A stretch of 64,000 bases of DNA from Thermoanaerobaculia bacterium (lineage in GTDB: Bacteria; Acidobacteriota; Thermoanaerobaculia; Gp7-AA8), in contig DASYJY010000035.1 in the NCBI GenBank assembly GCA_035995985.1, positions 378-64,377 of the forward strand, written 5' to 3'. The translations under genes and the position numbers were made by a program. Below the pieces are notes generated by a model. It made no database searches and had not been told where the DNA came from. It saw nothing but the letters and a program-made list of their open reading frames with translations. Below are positions 56,868 through 64,000 of this stretch, one piece after another. How positions within the stretch are numbered: the first letter of the stretch is position 1; each line of letters opens with the position of its first letter.

Positions 56868-56990
56868 GTGGTTGTTAGTGGCCAGTGGTCAGTGGCAAGG
56901 GGTCAGTTGGGTTGAATGTAGCTCTCGCTCGCGTGCGCATCGCTCAGTCTTCCTGACCACTGGCCACTGACCACTAACCACTATCATTGC
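56868..56990. repeat. long inverted repeat (gttagtggccagtggtcagtggcaagg ... ctgaccactggccactgaccactaaccac)
   Basis: ~27-nt arms flanking a ~60-nt loop. Lies between divergent genes. Confidence 0.5.
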
Positions 56991-56993
56991 GCC

Positions 56994-57683
56994 ATGGACC
57001 ACGCCGTCGCCCTCGTTCAGGCGTATCTGCAGCTCAATGGGTATTTCACGTCCGCCGAGTACCCGATCATCGCGGCCGCGGGACGCAACGGCTTCCGCAC
57101 GCTGACGGACATCGACGTCCTCGCGTTCCGCTTTCCGTCCGGGTTGCCGTCGCCGGCGAGCTCGCCGAAGCGTGCACCGCGCGCGCTCGACATGAGCGAT
57201 GTCGATCCGGGCCTCGGCGTGCCCGCGGACGCGATCGACATGGTGATCGGCGAGGTGAAGGAAGGGCGCGTCGGAATCAACAGCGGCGCGAGGAATCCCG
57301 AAATTCTGAAGACCGTCATCAGCCGCCTCGGCGATTCGACCATCGACAGCGACGCCGTCGTCGCGGACCTGCTCGAGCACGGATCGGCCACACTGCCGTC
57401 CGGATTCGCGATCCGCCTGATCGCATTCGGCTCGTTCCCGCCCGGCGCGCCGGTGCCGCCGTGCCGCATCATCAGCCTCGGGCACGTACTCGATTTCCTG
57501 CAGCGCTACGTGCGCAAACACTGGAGCATGCTGCGGCATCTGCAGTTCAAAGATCCCGCGTTCGGATTTCTGATGACGATGGAAAAAGCGCGGCGCGGCG
57601 GCGCGGGCCGGCGCGGTAAAGCGGGCGTCGAGATCGTCTCGTCGACGCCGCGGCCGGCGCATGATCGCCCGCTGAAGAGGTGA
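56994..57683 (+). CDS. hypothetical protein
   Basis: 229-aa ORF. Possible weak PD-(D/E)xK-like residues D..EVK; unconfirmed. Confidence 0.4.
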   Translation: MDHAVALVQAYLQLNGYFTSAEYPIIAAAGRNGFRTLTDIDVLAFRFPSGLPSPASSPKRAPRALDMSDVDPGLGVPADAIDMVIGEVKEGRVGINSGARNPEILKTVISRLGDSTIDSDAVVADLLEHGSATLPSGFAIRLIAFGSFPPGAPVPPCRIISLGHVLDFLQRYVRKHWSMLRHLQFKDPAFGFLMTMEKARRGGAGRRGKAGVEIVSSTPRPAHDRPLKR

Positions 57684-57728
57684 CGCATTTCGTATCTCAC
57701 TGACGACCCGATCGATGCCGCCGCACTC

Positions 57729-58103
57729 GTGAAGCGCGTGATGCGTCCGTCCGATGGCGCGTACGTGCTGTTCGAAGGCGTCGTGCGCAATCACCACGAA
57801 GGCAAGGCGGTCGAGTCGATTTTCTACGATGCCTACCGGCCGATGGCGGAGAAGGAGATGGCGAAGATCGTCGAGGAGGTGCGGAGTTCGTATGCCGAGG
57901 TTGCGATCGATGTTGTGCATCGCCTCGGGCAACTCGTCGTCGGCGACTCATCGATCGCGATCGTGGCCGCGTCGCCGCATCGTGCCGAGGCCTTCGAGGC
58001 GTGCCGGATGATGATCGATCGCATCAAAGAGACCGTTCCGATCTGGAAAAAGGAGCGCGGACCGGGCGGCGAAGAGTGGGTCGGTTGGCAGGGCAAGTGC
58101 TGA
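57729..58103 (+). CDS. moaE: molybdopterin synthase catalytic subunit MoaE (start uncertain)
   Basis: Conserved SDGAYVLFEGVVRNHH, and the C-terminal WKKE...GEEWVG. Homology continues upstream of the GTG to an in-frame TGA at 57681. Confidence 0.75.
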   Translation: MKRVMRPSDGAYVLFEGVVRNHHEGKAVESIFYDAYRPMAEKEMAKIVEEVRSSYAEVAIDVVHRLGQLVVGDSSIAIVAASPHRAEAFEACRMMIDRIKETVPIWKKERGPGGEEWVGWQGKC

Positions 58104-58104
58104 C

Positions 58105-58806
58105 ATGACCACTTCCCACAACGTCTCCGACCGCCAGCTCCCGCGCGGCGCCGGCGACGCGGCCGAGGTACCGCCGATTCCTGCCGCGAGCGTGATCGTG
58201 TTGCGTGACTCGCCGCTGGAAGTGCTGATGATCCGCCGCCATTCGAAGTCATCGTTCGTGCCGGATGCGTGGGTCTTTCCCGGCGGCGTCGTTGAACCTT
58301 CCGATCATGACCTCGGCGATGGAACAGAGCTCGCGACGATGCGCGTCGCCGCCGCACGCGAATTGTTCGAAGAGAGTGGCATCTGGCTGGGCGCTCCGCT
58401 CCCGGATGCGGATGCAAAACGCCGCAAGCTGCTGGCTGCCGAAATCACGTTCGCGTCGCTGCTCAACGAATCGCCGCTCGATCTCGAGAAACTCGTCTGG
58501 ACGTCGCGCTGGATTACGCCGGTCGGTGTTCCGAAGCGATTCGACACCTATTTTTTTCTCGCTGCCGTCGATCGCAACGCGATCGCCTCGGTCGAAAACG
58601 TCGAAGCGGTCGAAGTGATCTGGATTCCGCCGGCCGAGGCGATCGAGAAACTGCAGATCGTCTTTCCGACGCAGAAGAACCTCGAAGCGCTGGCCGGATT
58701 CGCGTCAGCCGAGGAATTGCTCGCCTCGCGCCGAGGAGTGGACGTGGCGACGACGCGGCCGGTGCTCGTCGTCGAAGACGGAAAGAAGAGGATCATCCTG
58801 CCGTGA
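58105..58806 (+). CDS. NUDIX hydrolase
   Basis: NUDIX box GGVVEPSDHDLGDGTELATMRVAAARELFEESGI. Confidence 0.8.
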   Translation: MTTSHNVSDRQLPRGAGDAAEVPPIPAASVIVLRDSPLEVLMIRRHSKSSFVPDAWVFPGGVVEPSDHDLGDGTELATMRVAAARELFEESGIWLGAPLPDADAKRRKLLAAEITFASLLNESPLDLEKLVWTSRWITPVGVPKRFDTYFFLAAVDRNAIASVENVEAVEVIWIPPAEAIEKLQIVFPTQKNLEALAGFASAEELLASRRGVDVATTRPVLVVEDGKKRIILP

Positions 58807-59597
58807 TCATTCGCGACATCACCGCTCCGAATCCGGGCGCGTTCACGTTGAGCGGAACGCGGACCTATCTCCTCGGCGAGTCGGCGGTGATCGATCCGGG
58901 TCCCGCGATCAATTCGCACATCGACGCGATTCGAATGGCGATGCCGAGGCTGACCACGATTCTGATCACGCACCGGCATGGTGACCACGCACCGGCCGCG
59001 GTGCCGCTGAAGAGAATGACTGGCGCACGAATCGTCGCGCCGCGCGGCGTGCTCGATGACACGCTCGTCGATCAGCGCGTCGCCGGCGGCGACACGATTG
59101 CGGTCGAAGACGAAACGCTCGAAGTGATCGCCACGCCGGGACACACCGCCGAACACGTTTGCTTTCTGACATCAGCCGGCGATCTCTTCGCCGGCGATAC
59201 GGTCCTCGGCGAAGGGACGACGGCGATCTTTCCGCCCGACGGATCGATGCGTGATTACATCGCCTCGCTGCGGCTCCTCCTGACGCACAATCCGAAACGA
59301 ATCTTCCCCGCGCACGGACCGACACGCGATGATGCCGCCACCTTGATTGAGCAATATATTGGTCATCGAATTCAGCGGGAAAAACAGGTCCTCGATGCGC
59401 TCACGAACGGTGCGACGTCCGCGGCGTCGATGCGGCAGCGTATCTATCCCGATCTCGATCCGCGGCTTCACGGCGCGGCGGAGATTCAGATCGCGGCGCA
59501 TCTGATCAAGCTCGTCGAAGATGGGGCGGTGATTCAGAACGGGACCGGCGATTATCTGGTTACAGGATCCGGTCGAGACCGCGAACGAGTCCGGTGA
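58803..59597 (+). CDS. MBL-fold metallo-hydrolase
   Basis: HRHGDH motif plus downstream His and Asp ligands. GTG start overlapping the NUDIX gene stop. Confidence 0.8.
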   Translation: MIIRDITAPNPGAFTLSGTRTYLLGESAVIDPGPAINSHIDAIRMAMPRLTTILITHRHGDHAPAAVPLKRMTGARIVAPRGVLDDTLVDQRVAGGDTIAVEDETLEVIATPGHTAEHVCFLTSAGDLFAGDTVLGEGTTAIFPPDGSMRDYIASLRLLLTHNPKRIFPAHGPTRDDAATLIEQYIGHRIQREKQVLDALTNGATSAASMRQRIYPDLDPRLHGAAEIQIAAHLIKLVEDGAVIQNGTGDYLVTGSGRDRERVR

Positions 59598-60327
59598 ATT
59601 CGCGCACGCGGCGGATTGCGAGCAACGTTCCTCCGATGTAAGGCGCCGCACCGCGACCGCCGTCGTAATGCAGCGTGAGACGCTCGTCTTCCTGTCCGAA
59701 TCGGACTTCGAGACCAATAGTGTAACCCGGCAGCCGAATCGAGTGGATTCTCGATCCATCCACGCCCGCTCCTCGCGCTTCTTTCTCGCCGATCGTCGAG
59801 TCGACCGGCACGTCCACTTGCTGTTCGCGAACCTCGGAGATCCGCCAGGCCAGCTCGCGAGCCATACCGCTCGGCGCGTCAATCTTCCCCGCGTACGCGC
59901 TATCAATGATTTCCCAACTCGGCAGATATTTCGCGGCCTCGACAGCGAATCGCTGCAGCAGCGCGGCGGTGATCGCGAAGTTGCCTACTGCAACGACGCC
60001 TACGGACGCGGATTTCGCAGCGTCGTCGATCTGGGTGAAATCCTCCAGCGTCAATCCTGAGCTCCCGATCACGATGTGCAGGCCACGGCTGATCGCTGCC
60101 AGGACGTGGCCTTTCACAGAAGCTGCGCTGGTGTAGTCGACGAAAACATCAGACGCTGTCGTCAGCGCATCGTCAACCGAAGAGCTAATGGTGACGTCGC
60201 CAATTTTCTTGCCGCTGGCGCGCCTCGCCGCAGCGGCAACCAGTTGAAGATCGTGAGCTTCATCGATCGCTTGCGCGAGTGGCTTCCCCACCCAGCCCGT
60301 TACTCCGGCCACAGTGACTCGGATCAT
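59560..60327 (-). CDS. dapB: 4-hydroxy-tetrahydrodipicolinate reductase
   Basis: Start MIRVTVAGVTGWVGK (NAD-binding GxxGxxG), plus the C-terminal DapB domain. The track ORF's 296-codon 5' extension is rejected. Confidence 0.85.
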   Translation of the reverse strand: MIRVTVAGVTGWVGKPLAQAIDEAHDLQLVAAAARRASGKKIGDVTISSSVDDALTTASDVFVDYTSAASVKGHVLAAISRGLHIVIGSSGLTLEDFTQIDDAAKSASVGVVAVGNFAITAALLQRFAVEAAKYLPSWEIIDSAYAGKIDAPSGMARELAWRISEVREQQVDVPVDSTIGEKEARGAGVDGSRIHSIRLPGYTIGLEVRFGQEDERLTLHYDGGRGAAPYIGGTLLAIRRVREFTGLVRGLDRIL

Positions 60328-60369
60328 CAAGCGATCATACGGCCCTTCGCACGTACAATCCGCACCGCA

Positions 60370-61293
60370 ATGAGGCACAAAGACTTCCTCGAAATTCACG
60401 ACTACTCCGCCGACGAGGTGCGCGAGATCTTCGAGATCGCTCGCGACATGAAGGCCGATCGCGAGAAGTACCGCGATGCGCTGAAGGGAAAGACGCTGGC
60501 GATGATCTTCGAGAAATCGTCGACTCGCACGCGCGTCTCCTTCGAAGTGGGGATGTTCCAGATGGGCGGCCACGCGCTCTTTCTGTCTTCCCGCGACATC
60601 CAGATCGGACGTGGCGAGCCGATTTACGACAGCGCGAAAGTCCTCTCGCGCTACGTCGACGGCATCATGGCCCGCACGTTCGCGCACAAGACGGTCACGG
60701 AGCTCGCCGAGTATTCGAGCGTGCCGGTCATCAACGGACTCACCGATCTCTCGCACCCGATGCAGGCGATGACCGATTACTTCACCGCCTGGGAGCACCT
60801 CGGCGATCTCAAAGGCCGCAAGCTCGCCTACATCGGCGACGGCAACAACATGGCCCACTCGCTGATGTTCGGCGCGTCGAAGGTAGGGATGCACATCTCC
60901 ATCGCCACGCCGCCTAGCTACGCGCCCGATCCGATGATCGTCGCGCAATCGCAGGGCGATGCTGATTACGCTGGTACGAAGGTCACCATCACGACGTCGA
61001 TCGACGAAGCGGTGCGCGATGCCGACGTCGTGGAGACGGACGTGTGGGCGTCGATGGGGCAGGAAGCGGAAGCGCAGAAACGACAGAAAGACTTCGAAGG
61101 TTGGATGGTCGATTCGCGCGTGATGTCGCTCGCGAAGAAGGACGCCATCTTCATGCACTGCCTTCCCGCCCATCGCGGCGAGGAAGTGGCCGGCGAGGTC
61201 ATCGACTCGCCGCAATCAGTCATCTACGACGAAGCCGAGAACCGGCTGCACGTGCAGAAGGCGATCATGTACGTGTTGATGAAGAATGCCTGA
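60370..61293 (+). CDS. argF: ornithine carbamoyltransferase
   Basis: Carbamoyl-phosphate motif STRTR, ornithine-site HCLP, and FMHCLPAHRGEEV. Start at MRHKDFLEI. Confidence 0.9.
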   Translation: MRHKDFLEIHDYSADEVREIFEIARDMKADREKYRDALKGKTLAMIFEKSSTRTRVSFEVGMFQMGGHALFLSSRDIQIGRGEPIYDSAKVLSRYVDGIMARTFAHKTVTELAEYSSVPVINGLTDLSHPMQAMTDYFTAWEHLGDLKGRKLAYIGDGNNMAHSLMFGASKVGMHISIATPPSYAPDPMIVAQSQGDADYAGTKVTITTSIDEAVRDADVVETDVWASMGQEAEAQKRQKDFEGWMVDSRVMSLAKKDAIFMHCLPAHRGEEVAGEVIDSPQSVIYDEAENRLHVQKAIMYVLMKNA

Positions 61294-62278
61294 CGCACAA
61301 ACCCGACACACGCGCGGCCTGACCGTCGTCATCATCCTCGGCGTGATTTTTTTTGCGCTGCTGGCGCTGCTGATTCTGCGCAGCGGGAAACATGGTGACG
61401 CGCCGCCGCCGGCGTCGGAAAACCTGTCGGTGCTTGCGCTGCGGCTTCGGCTTCGTACGCAGCCGACGGCGAATGCGCCCGTTGTCGCGACGGCGACGAA
61501 CGGCGAAAAGCTGATCGTGCTCGAAGACCGCGGCGCGTGGGTTCGCGTGCAGGACGACGACGGCATGACCGGCTGGGCCGAGCGCAACTCGCTGGAGCGC
61601 ACGTCCGAGCGCGAGCGCCGCCTGGCGCGCTACGAAACGATTCGCAAGCTGCCTGCACTCAACGCCATCGTCAGTGCGCGCACGCCGCTCTACGCCGGCC
61701 CCGGGATTTTTTATCCGATCATCGGCGAGCTGTCGGCGGAGACGCAGGTGAAGGTTTACACGCGCGACCACGATTTCTACGCGCTCGATCACGACAACCA
61801 AATCGCGTACGCGGATGTCGATGCGATCGACGTCAGTTCCGCCGGCACGCGTCAGGTCGAAGTGCATACCGATACCACCGCCACTGACACCGCCGCGACC
61901 ACGTCCGCCGCTCCGCCGGAAACCGAGTCGCAGCCGCCGACCGAAACCGCGCCAGCCGAGGTGCATGTGGCGACGGACAACGGCGGCGTTTACTCCGCGG
62001 TGCCGGCCGGCGGCACGCAGCCGGAGGAGACCGATCGCGTCGTTCCGCGTTATCCGATGATGGCGCGCCGCGCCGGGATTCAGGGACCGGTCGTCGTCCG
62101 CGGGATTGTCCGCCGCGATGGGACCATCGACAACGTGGAAGTCATCCGCGATCTCCCCTACGGCCTCGGCGACGCCGCTCGCGACGCGGTGAGCCAGTGG
62201 CACTTCCGGCCGGCGACGGTTCGCGGCGAGCCGATTGATGTGTATTACACGGTGACCGTGAATTTCCGATTGCAGTGA
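61286..62278 (+). CDS. TonB-family energy transducer with two bacterial SH3-like domains
   Basis: N-terminal TM helix and a Pro/Thr-rich spacer. C-terminal TonB domain VVPRYPMMARRAGIQGPVVV...VYYTVTVNFRL. Confidence 0.7.
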   Translation: MPDAQTRHTRGLTVVIILGVIFFALLALLILRSGKHGDAPPPASENLSVLALRLRLRTQPTANAPVVATATNGEKLIVLEDRGAWVRVQDDDGMTGWAERNSLERTSERERRLARYETIRKLPALNAIVSARTPLYAGPGIFYPIIGELSAETQVKVYTRDHDFYALDHDNQIAYADVDAIDVSSAGTRQVEVHTDTTATDTAATTSAAPPETESQPPTETAPAEVHVATDNGGVYSAVPAGGTQPEETDRVVPRYPMMARRAGIQGPVVVRGIVRRDGTIDNVEVIRDLPYGLGDAARDAVSQWHFRPATVRGEPIDVYYTVTVNFRLQ

Positions 62279-62299
62279 TGGTTGAGATCCTGCCGAACC

Positions 62300-62404
62300 A
62301 CCAGCACAGACAAGAGTGTCTGTGCCACACCGGCTCTCCCGCTTCGCTCGGATGCGCAAGTACGGAAGGGTCAATGTGGCACAGACACTCTTGTCTGTGC
62401 TGGT
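62300..62404. terminator. perfect 29-bp inverted repeat (ccagcacagacaagagtgtctgtgccaca / tgtggcacagacactcttgtctgtgctgg) between convergent genes; probable bidirectional terminator
   Basis: Exact reverse-complement arms separated by 47 nt. Confidence 0.65.
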
Positions 62405-62411
62405 GTTCGCG

Positions 62412-63053
62412 CTAAATCACACCTAAGTCAATCGCCCGCAGCACCGCGCGAGTGCGATCTCGCACTCCCAGCTTCGCCAGAAGGTTCGAGATGTGATTCT
62501 TCACGGTGCCGTCGGTGATGTTGAGCAGGTCGCCGATTTCCTTGTTGCTGTAGCCGCCGGCGAGGAGGCGCAGGATGGTTCGTTCGCGGTCGGTGAGCGG
62601 CTCGGGGAGGTCGACGGATTCGAACGAGGAGTCGCTCCTCTCCAGTGCGCGCATGATCCGCTCGGTGATGACCGGCTCGATGCACGTTCCTCCATCAGCG
62701 AGCGTCCGAATCGCGCCGGCGAGCCGTTCCAGCGAGACGTCCTTGAGCAGCCAGCCTTTCGCGCCGGCGCGGACGGCTTCGAACAAAATCGCGTCGTCGT
62801 CGAACGTCGTCAGGATCAGTGTCGGACGCGCGGCGTTGCGTTCGCGCAGGGTGCGCAGGACGCCGACGCCGTCGAGTTTCGGCATGCGCAGGTCGAGCAG
62901 GACGACGTCCGGCTTCTCGCGCTCGATCACTTCGACCGCTTCTTCACCATCGCTGGCCTCGGCGACGACTTCGATGTCCGGCACGAGCGCGAGGAGGCTG
63001 CGCAGGCCCTGGCGAACGATGGTTTGATCCTCGACGATGCAGATGCGAATCAC
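62412..63053 (-). CDS. LuxR/NarL-family two-component response regulator
   Basis: REC domain with phospho-acceptor LLDLRMP. C-terminal HTH_LuxR segment ILRLLAGGYSNKEIGDLLNITDGTVKNHISNLLAKLG. Confidence 0.9.
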   Translation of the reverse strand: MIRICIVEDQTIVRQGLRSLLALVPDIEVVAEASDGEEAVEVIEREKPDVVLLDLRMPKLDGVGVLRTLRERNAARPTLILTTFDDDAILFEAVRAGAKGWLLKDVSLERLAGAIRTLADGGTCIEPVITERIMRALERSDSSFESVDLPEPLTDRERTILRLLAGGYSNKEIGDLLNITDGTVKNHISNLLAKLGVRDRTRAVLRAIDLGVI

Positions 63054-63964
63054 GCGGTGGCTCCGAGCGGGAGCGTCACGTGGAGCGAGAAGCCGCGGCC
63101 GCGCATCGACGTCACTTCGAACGTGCCGCGCGCCTGTTGCACGCGCTCGCGAAGACCGAGGAGGCCGTTGCCGAACGTGACGTTGTCGGCGCCGACGCCG
63201 TCGTCGCGCGCATCGATCGACAGCGTGTGCTCGGCAGTGCCGAGGTTCAGCCAGAGATTGCGCGCGCCGGAGTGACGCACAGCGTTGGTCACGATTTCCT
63301 GCACGGTCCGCAGCGCGACCTCGGCGATGTTCGCGTCGGCCACGGCCAGCTCGCGTGGAAAGTTGAGATGGAGCGACGGCGCGACGATTACATCGCGCAG
63401 CGATTCGAGCGACGACGTCAGATCGACAGGTTCGTCATTGCGAAGGCGGCTGACGACGTCGCGAACGTCGGCTAGGAGATGCTTTGCGATCGACTTGCTC
63501 TTCTCGATCGGCTCCTTCGCATCGCCCGACGCGAGATGCCCGGCCACTTCGAGATTGAGACTGAGCGCGGTCAGGTGATGGCCGAGGAGATCGTGGAGGT
63601 CGCGCGCGATGCGGAGGCGTTCCGAGGTGCGGCTGCTGATCTCGAGCAACTCCGTGGTCATGCGCAGCTCCGCATTGGCCTCGGCCAGCGCCTTCCGCGC
63701 CTCCACCTCCGAGTGGGCGACGTGCATCGAGAAAAGAGAGAACAGCGAAAACGCAAAGTAGACGAGCGCGTAGATGACCGGCGAACCGTCGGTGGCCGAA
63801 ACGATGATGCCGAGGACGATGCAGTTGATCGCGATGACGATGATGGCGACGCGCGGCCGGTAGGCGCCGAGTTGCGCGGCGATGATCACCAGCAGTACGG
63901 GTTGAAAGCCGGTGGGCTGCATCGAGATGCAGACGTACGCGGCCAGTGTTTCGACGACGAGCAT
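63050..63964 (-). CDS. sensor histidine kinase (HisKA_3/NarX-DesK type), possibly extending beyond window end
   Basis: TM helices, H-box ARDLHDLLGHHLT, and HATPase_c segment DDGVGA...GLLGLRER. 4-nt overlap with the regulator gene. No in-frame stop between 63964 and the window edge. Confidence 0.8.
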   Translation of the reverse strand: MLVVETLAAYVCISMQPTGFQPVLLVIIAAQLGAYRPRVAIIVIAINCIVLGIIVSATDGSPVIYALVYFAFSLFSLFSMHVAHSEVEARKALAEANAELRMTTELLEISSRTSERLRIARDLHDLLGHHLTALSLNLEVAGHLASGDAKEPIEKSKSIAKHLLADVRDVVSRLRNDEPVDLTSSLESLRDVIVAPSLHLNFPRELAVADANIAEVALRTVQEIVTNAVRHSGARNLWLNLGTAEHTLSIDARDDGVGADNVTFGNGLLGLRERVQQARGTFEVTSMRGRGFSLHVTLPLGATA

Positions 63965-64000
63965 CGAAATCTTCGTCGGCGTGCCGCATCCCGGCCGCGT

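Noticed and set aside
60328-61215. 5' extension of the dapB ORF to 551 aa
   Set aside because: The extension overlaps argF on the opposite strand. DapB homology and the Rossmann motif begin at MIRVTVAGVTGWVGK (60327).

Overview
This is a high-GC (roughly 65-68%) bacterial chromosomal segment with dense, mostly non-overlapping coding on both strands and no rRNA, tRNA or CRISPR that I could recognise. The gene content suggests an Acidobacteriota/Gemmatimonadota-like organism: a Ser/Thr kinase with a TolB-like propeller, S46 and S9 peptidases, a glycine-rich RRM protein, and PilMNOP combined with T2SS pseudopilins.

The main feature is a ~22.7 kb minus-strand cluster (about 11.7-34.4 kb) encoding a complete type II secretion / type IV filament-like machine:
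- a prepilin peptidase and a PAS sensor kinase;
- GspK-like, GspJ-like and GspH-like pseudopilins, plus a 1317-aa giant GspI-like pseudopilin;
- GspF, GspE and PilM/N/O/P-like proteins;
- a lipoprotein secretin with an N-terminal TPR region and a long C-terminal extension;
- three GspG-like major pseudopilins;
- a divergently transcribed response-regulator/GGDEF diguanylate cyclase in the middle;
- an RsbW/STAS partner-switching pair and a tandem-heptamer promoter element at the upstream end.

Flanking housekeeping and accessory genes, in window order:
- HMG-CoA lyase (partial), a hotdog thioesterase, and an SPFH-AlkP-TPR fusion protein;
- perR-ahpC-ahpD, with a palindromic operator upstream of perR;
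- a VapB antitoxin with a VapC PIN toxin that appears frameshifted;
- an M16 peptidase;
- lepA;
- dapB divergent from argF;
- an ABC transporter, xth and moaE;
- NUDIX and MBL hydrolases;
- an OmpA-family protein and a VWA protein;
- TonB;
- a LuxR-type two-component pair.

Several families of dispersed palindromic (REP-like) intergenic repeats occur. Three small genes have apparent lesions in this assembly: 1-nt frameshifts in the PIN toxin and in a Uma2 endonuclease, and moaE lacks a canonical start.
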